DNA from: Octopus bimaculoides
Lineage: Eukaryota
Assembly (NCBI RefSeq): GCF_001194135.2
Contig: NC_068985.1
Coordinates: forward strand, 17,858,333 to 17,922,332
Length of the DNA: 64,000 nucleotides
Direction: 5' to 3'
Positions 22,664-37,201 of the stretch are shown here, piece by piece. A program made the translations under genes and the position numbers. Below the pieces are notes generated by a model. It made no database searches. It had not been told where the DNA came from and saw only the letters and a program-made list of their open reading frames with translations. Positions within the stretch are counted from its first letter, which is position 1, and each line of letters starts with the position of its first letter.

Positions 22664-25157
22664 ACAAACTCAGTAATAAACTAGGAAAAAGTTGAAATCA
22701 TTTGATAAGAAGATGAGAATACTGCATAATTGAATCCTTAATATCACTAGCAAGACTTTCTTTTTTATGTTACAGTTCTAAAACTGTGGATCACAATAGC
22801 AAATAATTAATAACAGATTTATATCCCAGTTATTATTAAACATCACACAAAAGAAAGTGTTAATTCCATTTCATTCATGCAAGGCTTGGGGTATAATCTT
22901 GGGGATAATTAGCATTATCAACATCATCATCATCCTCATCCTCATCCTCATCATCATCATAAAAGTTGTGTTTTTTTTTTTTTGATCCACTGCTTGACAC
23001 AGGCCTCCCTCATCACTCCTCATTTTCCCCTAACTCCTGTTCTAGCATTCCAGTTAATCCCTGCATGGTTTATTACCTCATTCCTCCATCTGCTTCTTGG
23101 ACGACCCTATGTGAGGAAATACAGAATACCAAATAACATTAATGTTATTTTTGCTAATTAGTTATTTTATTTGTTGAATTAGTAATATTTTTTTTTTTTA
23201 AAAAGCAATGAAATAATTATAACAATTGATAAAGAAATAAAAAACAGCTCTTAATATGAAAACAATAAAAATAAAGGCAAAGTAAATAAAAATATAAAAA
23301 AAAGATGAGAGAATGAAAATATAAATAAATACAACCAACCAAAAACTTTCTAATTAATATAAAGAACCGATGAACTTGTCCAATAATTAGCTACAATACA
23401 ATTAATTACACAATGCTAACAAAGTAATATTTGATTGGTACAAACACACTGGTAGTTTGGTATAAAATTTGCCCAATCAACAAATTGTAATTTTTTTTCT
23501 TTTTTCCTTTTAAGAAATCTTTGAGATTATACAGTAGAGTTATGGTTAAGTGGCTTGAAACCCCAAACCTCCAGCAGCTGTATGAAAATCTACAAAATAA
23601 TTAATCACATGATAAATGGAGTCCCCAATAGCATCTTACAAATTGAATTAGTCTCCTAACTTTACCTTTGTGCAGCCGAAACTAGAATAAAGTAATTCAA
23701 ATAGAATGGAATCATCATAGAACTATTGTTAATAAAGAAAGTTTTTTTTTTAAAGCCTGTCTCCCGTGATAAAAATGAAATATAACAGAATAATTTGGCT
23801 GTGTTTTATAAGAAGTTTTGCTTTAACTCAGTAACTTTGGAAACTTACAAATAGTACAAACTAGTTTACTTTGTCATTTAGTTCTTTTTTTTTGTCTTAT
23901 ATAATACCATAATCAGAATACACATTTACAAAATTCCAAGTAAAAGACAGGTCAAATAGAATAAATACTTTTTTTTTTGTTTTACAATAATTTTGTTTCA
24001 AATATTTAATTAATATAATATGTTGTTTGTCATAGACTGCTTTCTGAGTTGCATGGTTTACATACTAATTCGAAACAACAGACACACACTAAATAGGAAC
24101 AAATAATAATAATAATAATAATAATCTACCTAATGGCATTTTACACAAATTGAAATACCTGCACATAATGAATGCAAAAAGTCAAAACATAGTGCCAAGT
24201 TATCCGAGAAAGACTGACAGTGGTAAGTTTTGAAAAAAAAAAATAACAAAAACAAACTAGCATAAAACACAAAGTGATGAAAATACCACAAATAGCACTA
24301 AAAATACAACTGAGATTATCTTTTGTCTATAGACACAAATGACAGAACTGAAAGCAAATTTATTAGACTAAAACTGATTATGGATTAAAACTAAGCTTGA
24401 TTTTATGAAATAAGGATGGTGCTTAAATTAGGACCACTGATAACAACAGAATGGATCACTAACCATGCAAAATGTTCAAAATAAATTTCCTGTCCTTTGG
24501 ACTTTATCAGATTCAGAAAAGCAAAGTAAGGACAAAGGAAATAAAAATTTATTAAAACAAGATGCTTAGATTGAGATAAAAATTATAATTAGTTTAAAAA
24601 TATATATTACCAATGAAGCATGTCTAGAAAAGCTTTGATAACAAGAAAAGCAACAGCAATAATGGAAAAATAAAAAGCAGACGGTAAGGAAAGGCTTACT
24701 AAATGAGGCAAAAATAATATAGGAGTTTGCCGTAGGTTCTACGAGAGGGTTGAGAGGTGCAAGGATTCTAGCCCAAAGAAGAAAGATTTAAGTATAAAAG
24801 TGACAAAGGATATGCAAAGACAGTGCATAAAATAAATTTATAATCAAAATCTAAGAATGAGGCTAGTTAAGTGGTGTTAAAAATGCAGAAAAATTTGAAT
24901 CTAAATACTTACCTGCTTCTAAAGTGACCCCCACCCTCAAAGGGATAACTGAATAGATACCTTGCTAATATACAATGTCGTACTTTGCCTAAAAGATACC
25001 TGATAATCTAGGCCAAAATTTGACACCACAAACAATGAGATAAAGTTATATATTCAAATCAAATTGCTAATAGCTTTTTACATAATAAATATTCAACTCT
25101 TATATTCTAACTTTAATAAGATCAACTTTATCATGCTAGCAGAAAAAAATGAAATCA

Positions 25158-25195
<38 letters not shown>

Positions 25196-25332
25196 NNNNN
25201 NNNNNNNNNNNNNNNNNNNNNNNNNNNNNNNNNNNNNNNNNNNNNNNNNNNNNNNNNNNNNNNNNNNNNNNNNNNNNNNNNNNNNNNNNNNNNNNNNNNN
25301 NNNNNNNNNNNNNNNNNNNNNNNNNCAAACAT

Positions 25333-25552
25333 ATATTCTTTTCTACTCTAGGCACAAGGCCTGAAATTTTGGGAGAGGGAGGTCAGTCGATTAGATCGAC
25401 TCCAGTACACAACTGGCACTTAATTTATTGACTCCAAAAGGATGAAAAGCAAAGTCGACCTCAGTGGAATTTGAACTCAGAACGTAAAGACAGATGAAAT
25501 ACCACTAAACATTTCGCCCGGTGTGCTAACATTTCTGCCAGCTCGCCGCCTT
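25333..25552 (-). mobile_element. SINE family B, full length
   Basis: TTCTACTCTAGGCACAAGGCC...GCCAGCTCGCCGCCTT. Confidence 0.88.
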
Positions 25553-25849
25553 ATACAAACATATATTTCAGATGAAAGACAATTAATACTAGCAGTGTCT
25601 AGACTATTAGTACCTGCCAAGAGCCCTAGTTATGGGTCAAATAGCAGATGGTATTGTGGCTGAAACATAAGGGCTCAGAGGAGGGCTGGCCTCTAGACAT
25701 GTGTCACACAGGACTATTGGATGTGGACATGCCTTGATGTTGGGTGAACCAATCTTCCTGTCTTACAGTTAAATAGGCCCTGTACCTAAAGAACAAGCTT
25801 GAGAAAATAGGAGACTAAACTAAAAATAATTCCAAATAAATCATCACCA

Positions 25850-28110
25850 TCATCATTTAATGTCTGATTCCATGCTGGTAAAAGTTGGACTGCCTCAAGT
25901 TCTACTGTTTGCGTTGGCATCGTTTCTATAGCTCTTCCTAATGCCAACCACTTTACAGAGTGTATTGGGTGCTTTTTAAGTGGTACTGGCAGTAGTGAGG
26001 CCACCAAGTAACTTGAAAGACAAGAGCCCCCCTCCTTCCATTCTCAACTGATGTATGGTGTACTATTGAGGGAGAGAAACAGGGGTCTAGCAGTAGTAGA
26101 GGAGAAACATGGCTATCTCAGGTGGAAAAAGAGAGAGAGAGAGGCAGAAATAAGATGGTGTACATATAATGGGGCATAGACTCAAGTTACAGGGAGGTGT
26201 ATATAGTGAAGGGGATTTGAGAGGATGAGTAAGTTCACAATACTGCAAATGGAGAGTGAAAGATGGAGTGGGGATTAGAAGGGTATGTTGTGGGGAAGAG
26301 ATTTGACAAGACATTTGTGTGCAGGTAGGATAGCAAGGGAGAGTGGGAGACAGAGGAGAAGGGGAATACTGTGGTGATGGTGAGCATGGGTGGAGGGAAA
26401 GGAGGTGTCAGGAAGATGAAACATGGGGGAGAGGTCTGCCAGGGACAGATTGTTTGTAGGGTGGTAGGGCATGGATGTAAAGGACATGCATTTATGGCCT
26501 TGATTTTACTTGGCTGGATGTGTTTTCTCAAGCTTAGCAACGTGCCTGTTGTTTTGGTCCTTTGTCTTCAACTCAATGAAGCTCAACACCTGAAAATCAT
26601 CTCTCAACACTTTGTCCCATGTTTTCCTCTTGCAGAGGTTCCCCCCACATTTAGAGATTGGATCTTCTTTATGCAGCTGTCTTCATCCATATACATCACA
26701 TGACCATACCAGCGCAGTCTTCTCTCTTGCACACTACACCTGATGCCTCTTATACTCAATTTTTCACTCAAAACAATGCCAGTGTGCATGTCGAACATGC
26801 ACACTGGCATTGCACATCCAGCAATTTGACACCTCTGTAATTACTTCTGTCTAAGGCATCTTCTTTACCTTGTAGCAGCTGACTATAATACTGCTACACC
26901 AGTTATTGGGTATGACCTCTTCTTGGACAACCTGATTAATTATATGGGTGACTAGGCCACACCTCACTCTGCCAGATATTTTAAGCATCTCAGCAGTAAT
27001 TCCTGATGGGCCAGGGGCTTTTCCTGTTTTTATATCCTCAATTGCTTTATCTATCATGCTGCTATCAACTTGGATAGTTGGTACTTCTGTTGTGCTCATG
27101 TTAAGAAGATTTACCTTCACCCATGCATTCTCTACATTTAGCTGCCTTTCATAATGGCACCACCAGGCCTTTTTCTTTGCAGAATCACTAAGTACAAGAG
27201 TATCATCATCCATCGAAACATACATCACAATCTTGTTTGACTAACCTCATGCCTCTGGTCCTCCTGTTATAGAACATTGACAAACTTCTTCTTTTCTGTT
27301 TCTTCCCTAGCTAAATATACCTGTTGCCTAGCTTCTCTTCCAGCTACCTGGTATAGTTCTCTGCTACCCCGACTCTTACAGACCTGTTTCTTTGTTCTTA
27401 TGGTCCTATCTACTTCACTGTTCCACTACCATGTCACCCTAGGTCTGGTTGGTGCTGAGCACCAGCCATAGATTTAGTCTGTGGCCATCAGTAAGTTGCC
27501 CCATAGTAATTTCCAGTTGGTCTCTGTGTTAGGTGTTTCTATCTCCTCTGCCTTGTTGAATGCTTCAGTTAGGATGTCTCTAAAGCTCTAACTATTCAAT
27601 GGGTCCTTAAGCTTCCAAATCTTCCTTTTCCAAACTGGTTTGCTTCTTGGAGCCCTTCAAGCCTCAAATCTGAAGTTGCTAATGACCAACCTATGCTGAG
27701 GAGCACATTCCTTCCACGTGAAACTCTCTGCATTTATGAGCAACCATCTATTCCACTTTCTGGTGAGAATGTAGTCAAACTGTCTCATGTGGCCACCAGA
27801 CTGATAGGTAATCAGGAGACTGGCTGGTTTCCTGAAATTAGTGTTGTAGACCATTAGGTCGTTAGCATCACAGAACTCCAGTAGCCTTCTTACCTCTGCA
27901 TTTAGGGAACCAACTCCATAACCTCCACGCACACCACTGAAGTCACCTAACTGTTACCCAACATGCCCATTGAAGTCACCAGCCATGAAAATAAGGTCAT
28001 TATCATTTGTATTGAGGTAGTCTGCAAAAAGGTATGATAAAATCGGTCAGTTTGTTCATCCTGCAGTTTCAGTTGAGGTTGTAAATGAGAAACGAAACAA
28101 ACGAGCCAAG
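25850..28110 (-). mobile_element. RTE LINE with endonuclease, internal RT deletion, C-rich 3' UTR and tail
   Basis: AGDFNGHVG and GGYGVGSLNAEVRRLLEFCDANDLMVYNTNF...FDYIL (APE endonuclease); KTGKAPGPSGITAEMLK...IPNNWCSSIIVSCYK joined directly to GIRCSVQERRLRWYGHV; shared tail at 25850-26020. Confidence 0.85.
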
Positions 28111-28671
28111 ATATTTTGTATAGGGATGACAGGAAGTTGGAGTTGGTCAACGGAAGTGACAGCCATGCTGCCACCACTGCAAACTAGTAAACAAGCCACA
28201 TGACTTTCATGGGATGAAAATATACGACTTTATGACAAAGACAAGATATACACATTTTCAACACATCAAAAACTTTCATTGGATGAAATTAATGACTTTT
28301 TCCCAGAAATTTCATAGAAAGAATCAAATAAAAAGGAGGAAACCAAACACTATCCTGTCAGAGTTAAACAATATATAACTAATGTAACTCAAAGAATTCT
28401 ATTTAGTTTAGCTTAACAACTGATATTGATTTGAAACTAGTTTTAACATCTTCATGCTATTCTTTTCAATTTATAAACTTTTATTTTATATAAATTCTTA
28501 TCATGTTCTCAATTCTAATAATAAAATAAAAGGGTTCTAGAATTAATGCTCATTTAACATAAAGTGAATAGAATTTGTAATTTAAGAAATATCAACCTTG
28601 TTGCAATAAAGAAAACAATTAATTCAGAGAGCCTCTATGCAGTCACTTGACTCACCAGACAACTCTTGGAG

Positions 28672-28700
28672 AGAGAGGGAGAAGGAGAGAGAGAAAGAGA

Positions 28701-28745
<45 letters not shown>

Positions 28746-28755
28746 AGAGAGAGAA
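28672..28755. repeat. (GA)n-rich microsatellite
   Basis: Direct reading; another at about 36464-36548. Confidence 0.9.
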
Positions 28756-31599
28756 GTGGGGAGAGGATAAATTGGGTAATGTTGTCCCAGATACCTCAGC
28801 CTACAAAAATGGCAAGACGGTCAATGATAGAATTCTTTTGACTATTCTTTTGACTATAAGCTGCTCTATCAGGGTTAATTTGGAATTAAGCAACAATGAA
28901 CTGATGACGATTTCCGTCATTTAAATTACATAAAATAACTGATTGCTAAGAATTGTAAATTTTGAGAAATTTAACAGCTAACAGCAGTACAATGTGATAA
29001 AAGTTTACAGCACAAAAGATGGAATGAAGAAGTAAACCTTTGAACAAAACTTTAAAAATGCTGATACTGGAATCTGACAAGAGCCACATAAAAGTGAAGA
29101 CAAATATAAACTACAATTGTCATCATCATTATTTAAAGGCTGGCACCCATGTTGGCATGGGTTGGATGGTTTGACAAGGATCTGACATGTTGAAGGTTTG
29201 CATCATGCTCTGTATACTTTAGTATAGTTTCTTTGGCTAGATGCCCTTCCTAACACCAAACACTTTACAAAGTATACAAGGCGCTTTTTTTCCTGGCACC
29301 AGCTTTAATGAAGATCACATCATATCTTGCAACGTTAAGAATAGAAGCTGATTTTAGGTGGAGGGATGAGGGAATGAATAAGACGAGAGGAATAGTCGTG
29401 ACAGAGTGTAACAGAGTAAGTAGTAAAGCAGTCACTATGTATATAAAGATGTATACACTACATATGTGTGTGAAATTTAAAGAAATGATCTCTCTACCAA
29501 ATTACTAAGAATCAAAATGTAAAAGGCGAAATACATGATTTATATATACATCAGCATCTAGCATGTCACATTTGTGATGAGTTAGTTTAAATTATTTAAA
29601 TACCCATTCATTAAACTTTTTTTTTTTCATAGATTTTTACATTCTGCTATGTAGATTAGCATTTTACCAGTGCAAAAATGTAATATTTTTATATAATATC
29701 TTTAAAATTGTATTCAGCATTACAATTACAATTCATGAAGTCTTTCTTTCTTTGTATTATTTCAAACACTGGCAACAATATAATTATTCTGGAATATTAC
29801 AATATACCAAAAACAATGGTTCTATTGCTTTTGTGATATAGTAACCAAGTGAAAATTAACTTTTAAAATGTTTAACAGGAAAAAATTTCTGAAATTACAA
29901 ATTTGAAAACTTTCTTAAAGAAATGATAAAGAATGAAGAAAATCAGAATGAACGCTATAACTAAATTACATAGGATGTAAATATTAAAGAAATACTTACA
30001 GGAAAATTCTTCAAAGTTTCATTTTTATTTTTCACAACACTGTTCTCCTGAAAGATACAAGAGACAAAGCAAGAAACCTACAGAACTAATTCGGTGTTGC
30101 ATATGACATCAGAAGGAGGTCCCTCTTTTATATGCAAGACTATAAAACTATTCATCGTTAATTAATAAAATGACTTTACATTGACAGTCATATTACTTGA
30201 TTGAAGTCAATACTTTTACCTGAGTTTTTATATGAGAGTTAGTTTAAATCATTATTATCAAACAATTTTAGTAAACATTGTCATTAAACACGAACATAAT
30301 TAGCATCAACACATCCTAGAAGTAATGTTTTAATAAGAAAGATATTTCTAAAAACAGAAAGGCTTTTTTAATAAGTAGAATGAATAACCTCTACTTTTGA
30401 CATTAAAGGAGGAAAGGTTAAGTTGATCTAAGTGCAACATATATGATGCCCTGAGATACACCAGAAGCTGCTTATTATGATCACTTCAAGATAGACTCTT
30501 TTAAGTAACAACATCAGATGGATAACATTAAGTAGAGGATATAGCAACATAATATCCTGAGTGCGTTTATGACCGATTCATTTTGATAACAATAACCATT
30601 TGACAATGTTATCTGTAATTATAATTAGTAGTGAATTGACAGTCATTAGAGAGTCATATAGAGTGACTCACAATATTTGTTCTGAATCTGTGCACTTTGA
30701 GTTAAAATACTGCCAAGATCAACTTTATCTTCCATTCTTTCAGGGTCGATAAAAAAATAAAAAAATAAAAATTCAGGGCAGCGGATTGGTGGAATAGTAA
30801 ACGGGTCAGGCAAGATACCTTGTGGTATCTGTTTTGGATTTTTATATTCTAACAGCAATGCCTGCCATGACTAGTGCCACACTGTATTGGATCAAGTCGA
30901 TGACCTTTCCCTTGAATAAATATTGGTGACATGTAGAGGAGACATGCATACATGGGCAACTACCAGTCATCCTCAAAAATCTTGCCCGGGCTGCACATAC
31001 ATGTAAAGATGCATAGTCAACATATACTGATGGAATCCTTACTCAGCAGTTTGATAACATTATTCTTTTCTACGCTAGGCACAAGGCCCGAAATTTTTGG
31101 GGAGCAGGCCAGTTGATTAGCTCAACCTCAGTATGCAACTGGTACTTAATTTATCGATCCCGAAAGGATGAAAGGCAAAGTTGACCTTGGTGGAATTTGA
31201 ACTCAGAACGTAAAGACAGACGAAATACCGCTAAACACCTCATAACATCACTGATTATAAAAAATGGCTTCAACTATAATATGAAAATTTTCTTTTATTT
31301 CTCTACTGTTTTCAAATCACTTTTAAAAATTGTAAGTTATCAAATACTCAATAATAATAGTTACGAAAAAGATATTAAAATAAATACCTTACACAGAAAA
31401 CTTTAAAAGAAAGAAAAATGAAAGAGAAAAAAATTAGCATAAATGACTAATGAGGAGATGGAATTGTTTTTATACAATAATATATAAATATGACATTATT
31501 TCTTGTTTGCACATTTTTTTTCTATATATCATCACCCTGTGCTGCACCAGCAATGTTTCCTAGGGGTCATTAGGATTAAAAATCCTTTGAATAACCAGA

Positions 31600-31920
31600 G
31601 ATTTAGGGACGTCCTAATTGAAGCATTTGACAAGGAGAAGATGGAGACATTTAACACAGAGGTCAACATCAGGTACCCTGACCCAGGTGACCCAGTAGGG
31701 ATTGATCAAACCCTAGCTTGTGTCAAATTAGCACCACCCTTTCTAGGGCTCACACCATCTAATCCACAGCTACTTTGTGGGTAACCTCCACTGCTTCCAC
31801 ACCCAACCTGATGACCTTTTGCCAACTGGCCCCTATGGTGCCAAGCATGTTCTAAGCTCTGCAGAAGGGATTGGCCTGCAAACTCACTGCATCCTATCTC
31901 AATAGGACTGCATCCCACTG
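31600..31920 (+). mobile_element. Possible decayed LINE C-terminus with C2H2 finger
   Basis: TGCCAAGCATGTTCTAAGCTCTGCAGA...ATTGGCCTGCAAACTCAC reads CQACSKLCR/IGLQTH across one frameshift, like the RIGL.SH finger ending some RTE ORF2s. Confidence 0.35.
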
Positions 31921-32711
31921 CCTGTCACCCATTGCTCAAGATTGGAAACTTGATATAATAGAAACCATAAATATGGCTGAATCTTTGACTAAAGATATAT
32001 TTTCAGATGGGGATTAATAAAGCAAGATGAACATGGAAAGGTATGCAAGATGATGCATTGTGAGATAATGGTCAATAAGAGGTGAGAAACAGAGCTAAAC
32101 TGGGAATGAGAAGTAGAATAGGTTGATGTTACTTGAGAAAACTCGACAAAGAACAAAGAAAATTGGTGACAGACATCAAATGATGAGAAACATTATTAAA
32201 GAGTACCACTTACATAACATTCACAGAGAAAAGATGTATATAAAATGATAAACTATTGGAATGTCAGATAAATTCATTGGGTTTCTTTTGCTCATTTATT
32301 TTAATCCTTATTGTTCAGCAACAATTTTAACAGATGAATTAATAATACATTCTCCTTTGTTCATGACTTCTTGCAAACAGTCCACTAGCTTATCAATGCC
32401 TTAATGGGAGAAATCACCAGATTTAGGCTCAAACAATTCATTAAGCCACGGAAAGAAATAAAATAATTTATCTGACAATCCAATAACTGAATGTAAATAA
32501 TGAGTGCATGTATTATACATACATATAAACATACATTTGAGTCAATGAGAGGACATTTATATAAATATCTGACAATGGTGGACAAACATATACACTTAAA
32601 TAAACAAGAACGAAATATTTAAAAAACAAAAAGGATTATCTTTGGTAGTTTTAAACACTGAGATGAACCATGCTTGGCTTGGAAATGTTGAGAATTATTG
32701 TTAGTTTAAAT

Positions 32712-33108
32712 TGTTGTTGTTGTTGTTGCTGGCACTCCGTCACTTACGACGTCGAGGGTTCCAGTTGATCCGATCAACAGAACAGCCTGCTCATGAAAGT
32801 AACGTGCAAGTGGCTGAGCACTCCACAGACACGTGTACCCTTAACGTAGTTCTCAGGGATATTCAGTGTGACACAGTATGACAAGGCTGACCCTTTGAAT
32901 TACAGGCACAACAGAAACAGGAAGTAAGAGTGAGAGAAATTTGTGGTGAAAGAGTACAGCAGGGTTCGCCACCATCCCCTGCCGGAGCCTCGTGGAGCTT
33001 TAGGTGTTTTCACTCAATAAACACTCACAACGCCCGGTCTGGGAATCGAAACCGCGATCCTATGACTGCGAGTCCGCTGCCCTAACCACTGGGCCATTGC
33101 GCCTCCAC
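32712..33108 (-). mobile_element. SINE family C, full length with 13-bp TSD
   Basis: Near-identical to the 6480 copy. TSD TGTTAGTTTAAAT at 32699-32711 and 33109-33121. Confidence 0.92.
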
Positions 33109-33577
33109 TGTTAGTTTAAATATATATTCTCAAAATATCATCAATCCCTAACCTAGTCTGTTCTGTGCTGTTCACCACCCCAATCCACTCAGGTCCCTAC
33201 GTCCACAATCTCTGGTTTCTTTCAACAGTTTTTGTAGCACTCTGAGTAACTGTGAAGAGATTGTTAGACCCTTACAGAGCCCTACCACAGTGGTGCGTAA
33301 GAGGGTGGGAGAGTATAATGTGTTTACTTGCAGTTAAAGCCCATATACTAGTAATAAGAGCGAGCAAGTAAACTTAGTCTTGATGTGGACCAAGAAGGCA
33401 ACTGAGATTTTTAAAAACCAGTTCAATAGTATATAATTATTAGATCAGTTGCAGTCATTTAATCAAAGATCTGTCATAAACTTCAATCTGACAAATGTGA
33501 CAAATATTTATTCATACTTTGTAGTATGAAAAAACAAAAAACAAAAAATGAAATAAAAGTTAAAGGTGTGTGTGTGA

Positions 33578-33626
<49 letters not shown>

Positions 33627-33839
33627 TACACAAAGGTATGTGTGCACACAGAGCATATCCATAAGAAATGGTACCTCTGGGCAAATACCACAGTAAATTT
33701 GCTTTTCAATGATGTATATACATTAAGTATGATACAGAGATGGCTATTTTAATATAATCCTGCTTCTATTCTGCGACAAATTAAGATAAAATAATGCATA
33801 AGATAAAGAAAAAAACTCATGGAATATATCTATACTAAC

Positions 33840-34015
33840 AACTTTGCCGGGTGCAGGTTTCTTCTCTTTCTTATCTTGCCAGTTGTTCAATGTTTGTATT
33901 TCTTTTTGTAGCAGCTGTAGTCTTTTGCCTGCAGAAGCAAGAAGTGTTTCCAATTCTGTTTGTAAGCGGTCAATTTCATCTCCTCCAATGCCTTCTTCTT
34001 GAGTTCGTGATAAGA
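33840..34015 (-). CDS. TADA3: TADA3 coding exon 2
   Basis: VLSRTQEEGIGGDEIDRLQTELETLLASAGKRLQLLQKEIQTLNNWQDKK aligns to ADA3 VLARSEDDGIGIEELDTLQLELETLLSSA. CAG acceptor, GTTAGT donor, 176 nt, phase 1 to 0. Confidence 0.95.
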
Positions 34016-34363
34016 CTGAAGGAAGAAGACAAGAACAGCAATGATAACACAATCACACAACGCTCCTACTCTAAGTAAGAGGTCTCTTTACCTCCTACTG
34101 AAACTAATTAATACAGAAGATATGTAAGGTGAACAAATAAAAGAGACTTACGTTGTATTCTCCAATGGGTTTAAATGCAAGGACTGCATACTGGAGCTTC
34201 AAGATGGCTTCTACTGTCCTCATATGCCACAGTAAGAGAACTAAAGTAGACATCCTGTCTAGGAGCTCTGGTCACTCCGCATTACCAAAGTTTATGGTAT
34301 CTTGTATTCAGTAAAGAAGCAACTCAGACAATTTATTTTTTGTGTCTTCTGTATGCAATAGAT

Positions 34364-34440
34364 CAGTGCTCCACAACCAGTATGCAGTGGCACACTGGTG
34401 TGCTACGGGATGATGCTTGGTATGTTGTAGCGTAACCCGA
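34364..34440 (+). mobile_element. Probable decayed hAT terminus
   Basis: CAGTGCTCCACAACC followed by GTGGCACACTGGTGTGCTACG, resembling CpG-decayed hAT ends. The opposite end was not found. Confidence 0.4.
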
Positions 34441-35169
34441 ACATAATTTTCCCCCTATACTTTTAGTTATAATTTTAGTTCAGGCATGCTGCTGTATTCT
34501 GAAAAGAATATGAGTATACTGCAATAGACTGACTGTTTCTGGCCTCGTTTCTTCTACCTTAAGGTAAGACACAACCATTCATACTTCTTTGTGAGATTGT
34601 GAACAGAGCAGTTGATCCAGTTCTTGAGTTTGTATAACAGTTACTGTAAATGAACATTCTTACGAAGGGAGATAATCTACTGATGCTTCTCACTATTCAT
34701 CTTTACAATCAGTTTGGAAGTGTTAGTGAAACCACCTTTATCGTAGCAACAGTAGAGGATCACAGTTACATATGAGGCTGCCAGTGTATGGCTTAGTTGC
34801 TCTTTCATCACATTATGAAGAAGTTGGCAACATCCCTTGCAATTTCAAATCTAATAATGCCAATTTTCCAAGTTATAATACACCAAGACAGATCATTTAG
34901 AGTAACTGATTGAACATATCTTAAATGAAGACAGTAATGGGGTTTATAATTTTTACAAGGAATCAACTATTGACCATATATCTTGAAACTATTTCAAATT
35001 CATAAACTAAAGATAAATCATATAACGAGATGTAATATTAAATATATGTAATTTTTTATTTGTTCACAAGCAATTTTGTTTTTCTAAATGCAGTTCAGTT
35101 TAATATCAGGAAGTAGAATGACATGCAATTAGAGCAGAACAACAGGGACATAAAGAAATTATTCATTTT

Positions 35170-35600
35170 TGGCTTGTTGCTCTCTGAAGAAAGCTTTTGA
35201 TAGATGCACTTGAAGTAGTGATACAGTTACTAAGAAATTTAGGAGTAAAGGAAAAGTTGGTCAGAGTAGTGACATGTGAAATGTATGAGTGGACAGTGGT
35301 AAGGATGAAAGTGGGTAACAATGACGAATTTGAAGTAAAGGTAGGATTGTATGAGGGGTCAGTGTTAAACCCCAATTATTTGTATATGTCATGGAGGGGT
35401 AGGCACAAAAGTTTTTATTTTGGGAGTTGTTGTATACAAGTGATATGGTGTTGACAATAGAGAGAATGGATGGCTCAAAGGAGAAGAATAGACGGAGATA
35501 AATGTCATGAAGGTGACTACTGGAAAGACAAAAGCAATGACAGGTGATAAAGTATGTACTTAAGTGGAAATAAACCAGGAAGTGGCTATGAGCAGAGCGA
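35170..35600 (+). mobile_element. Decayed RTE-type RT fragment
   Basis: GAAGAAAGCTTTTGATAGA (EKAFDR), LRNLGVKEKLVRVV, EFEVKVGL.EGSVLNP. Confidence 0.65.
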
Positions 35601-36462
35601 AAGAGGAGCTTGGAATGAATTCCATTAAATGTGTTAAGAATTCATTACTAACATTCATTTCTAACCAGTTTTCAAAACCCTCATTACTACACTATATTGC
35701 TGTCCAACTGAATCATCTCTTCCAATCCTATCAAGTAAAACCTTCAATTTTTCTGTATATTTCAGCAAGATTCCAGTTAGCGTTTTAGTGATACTGATTA
35801 AAAAAATATTGTCCAGGCATTACTATTAGATAAGCTTCTCTGTTTGGTGTTTTAGAACATGACCTTTAAGCCAACTATTGAGAAGAAGACCCATCAAGTC
35901 AAGTAAAATTGCAGTCGTAGCAGATACTGGTGTCACGCAAATGGGACATGTGCCGGTGACATGTAAAAACATCCATTATACTCTCAGAGAGGCTGGCTTT
36001 AGGAAGGGCATCCAGCCGTAGAAACCATGCCAAATCAGAGTGGAGTTTGGTGCAGCCTTCCAGCTTGCCATCTCGGATCAAATCGTCTAACCCATGCCTG
36101 CTTGGACAATAGATGTTAAATGATGATGATGATGTGTAATATGCACTAGGTTGGATCATCAGAAGAGCAATAGAGTGGAAGAATTATTAATCAATGTGTA
36201 TAATGGGAGCTACAAATGGAGGAAGTAGTATGAAGATGGTAGGTACTTCAATGATATGATGACTAGAGCAGCAGGTGGATCAGACCCATTGCTGGTAGCC
36301 AGAGCGAGATGCACTTGGAAGTTCAGGGAAATGAGTAATATGAATGAAGTGAGAGCTACTGAAACTGAATGGAATGGTGTTTGCTGTATGTGTAAGAAAT
36401 AGTATGATTTATGGGTGATAAATACAGAGCAGCGAAGGCTGGAAAGAATAGTTCAGTGGATG

Positions 36463-36550
<88 letters not shown>

Positions 36551-37201
36551 GAATGAATTGCAGAGGTGGGTGTTGTAAAGAGGAATGAGATAAGATAGTG
36601 GGGTTATGTGGTGAGGAAAGATCAAATGATTAGGTAAAAGGAATAATGAAAATGAATACTGAAGGAAGTAAAGGAAGGGAAAGACAGAAAAACGAGGGCA
36701 AAGTGGTTGGGATGGTGAAGCTGTAGTGGAAAGGGCAAAATGGATATTTATCATGGGGCTCCCAAGGCTAACCTCTGCCTCTGCAGGAGAAGTAGTCTTA
36801 AAACACTTGTGTTCTGTATCAAATGTTATTATGCTACCATAGTTTTAAGACGCTGCTTCATTTTCTCTTCCTTTTATGTATATTTGGATATAAAAGTTTG
36901 ACCATCACCAAGTTGCTAGAGTTGCTATTATGGATTATCTGCTTAGTACAGAATATAAAAGATTTCACAATTGGAGTTATGTCAAACATGAATGGAATTT
37001 ACTTGTAAAGCAGTTTTAAGAAACAGCTACCCATTAATCTGCTTGGGATAACCATATCATCCACAGGAAGAAAAGGTAATGAAAATACAATAAAGATAGA
37101 ATTAACGAAGTAAATGGTCTAAAACACTTTAGGGCATATAAAGCTTATGCATTTCAACATACTGGGTAAACAAGACAGATATATTCATAAAGAAAACTCA
37201 C

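Noticed and set aside
34152-34240. Cryptic 89-nt exon in TADA3 coding intron 1
   Set aside because: Good donor but weak acceptor; it frameshifts the gene and such sites are expected by chance.
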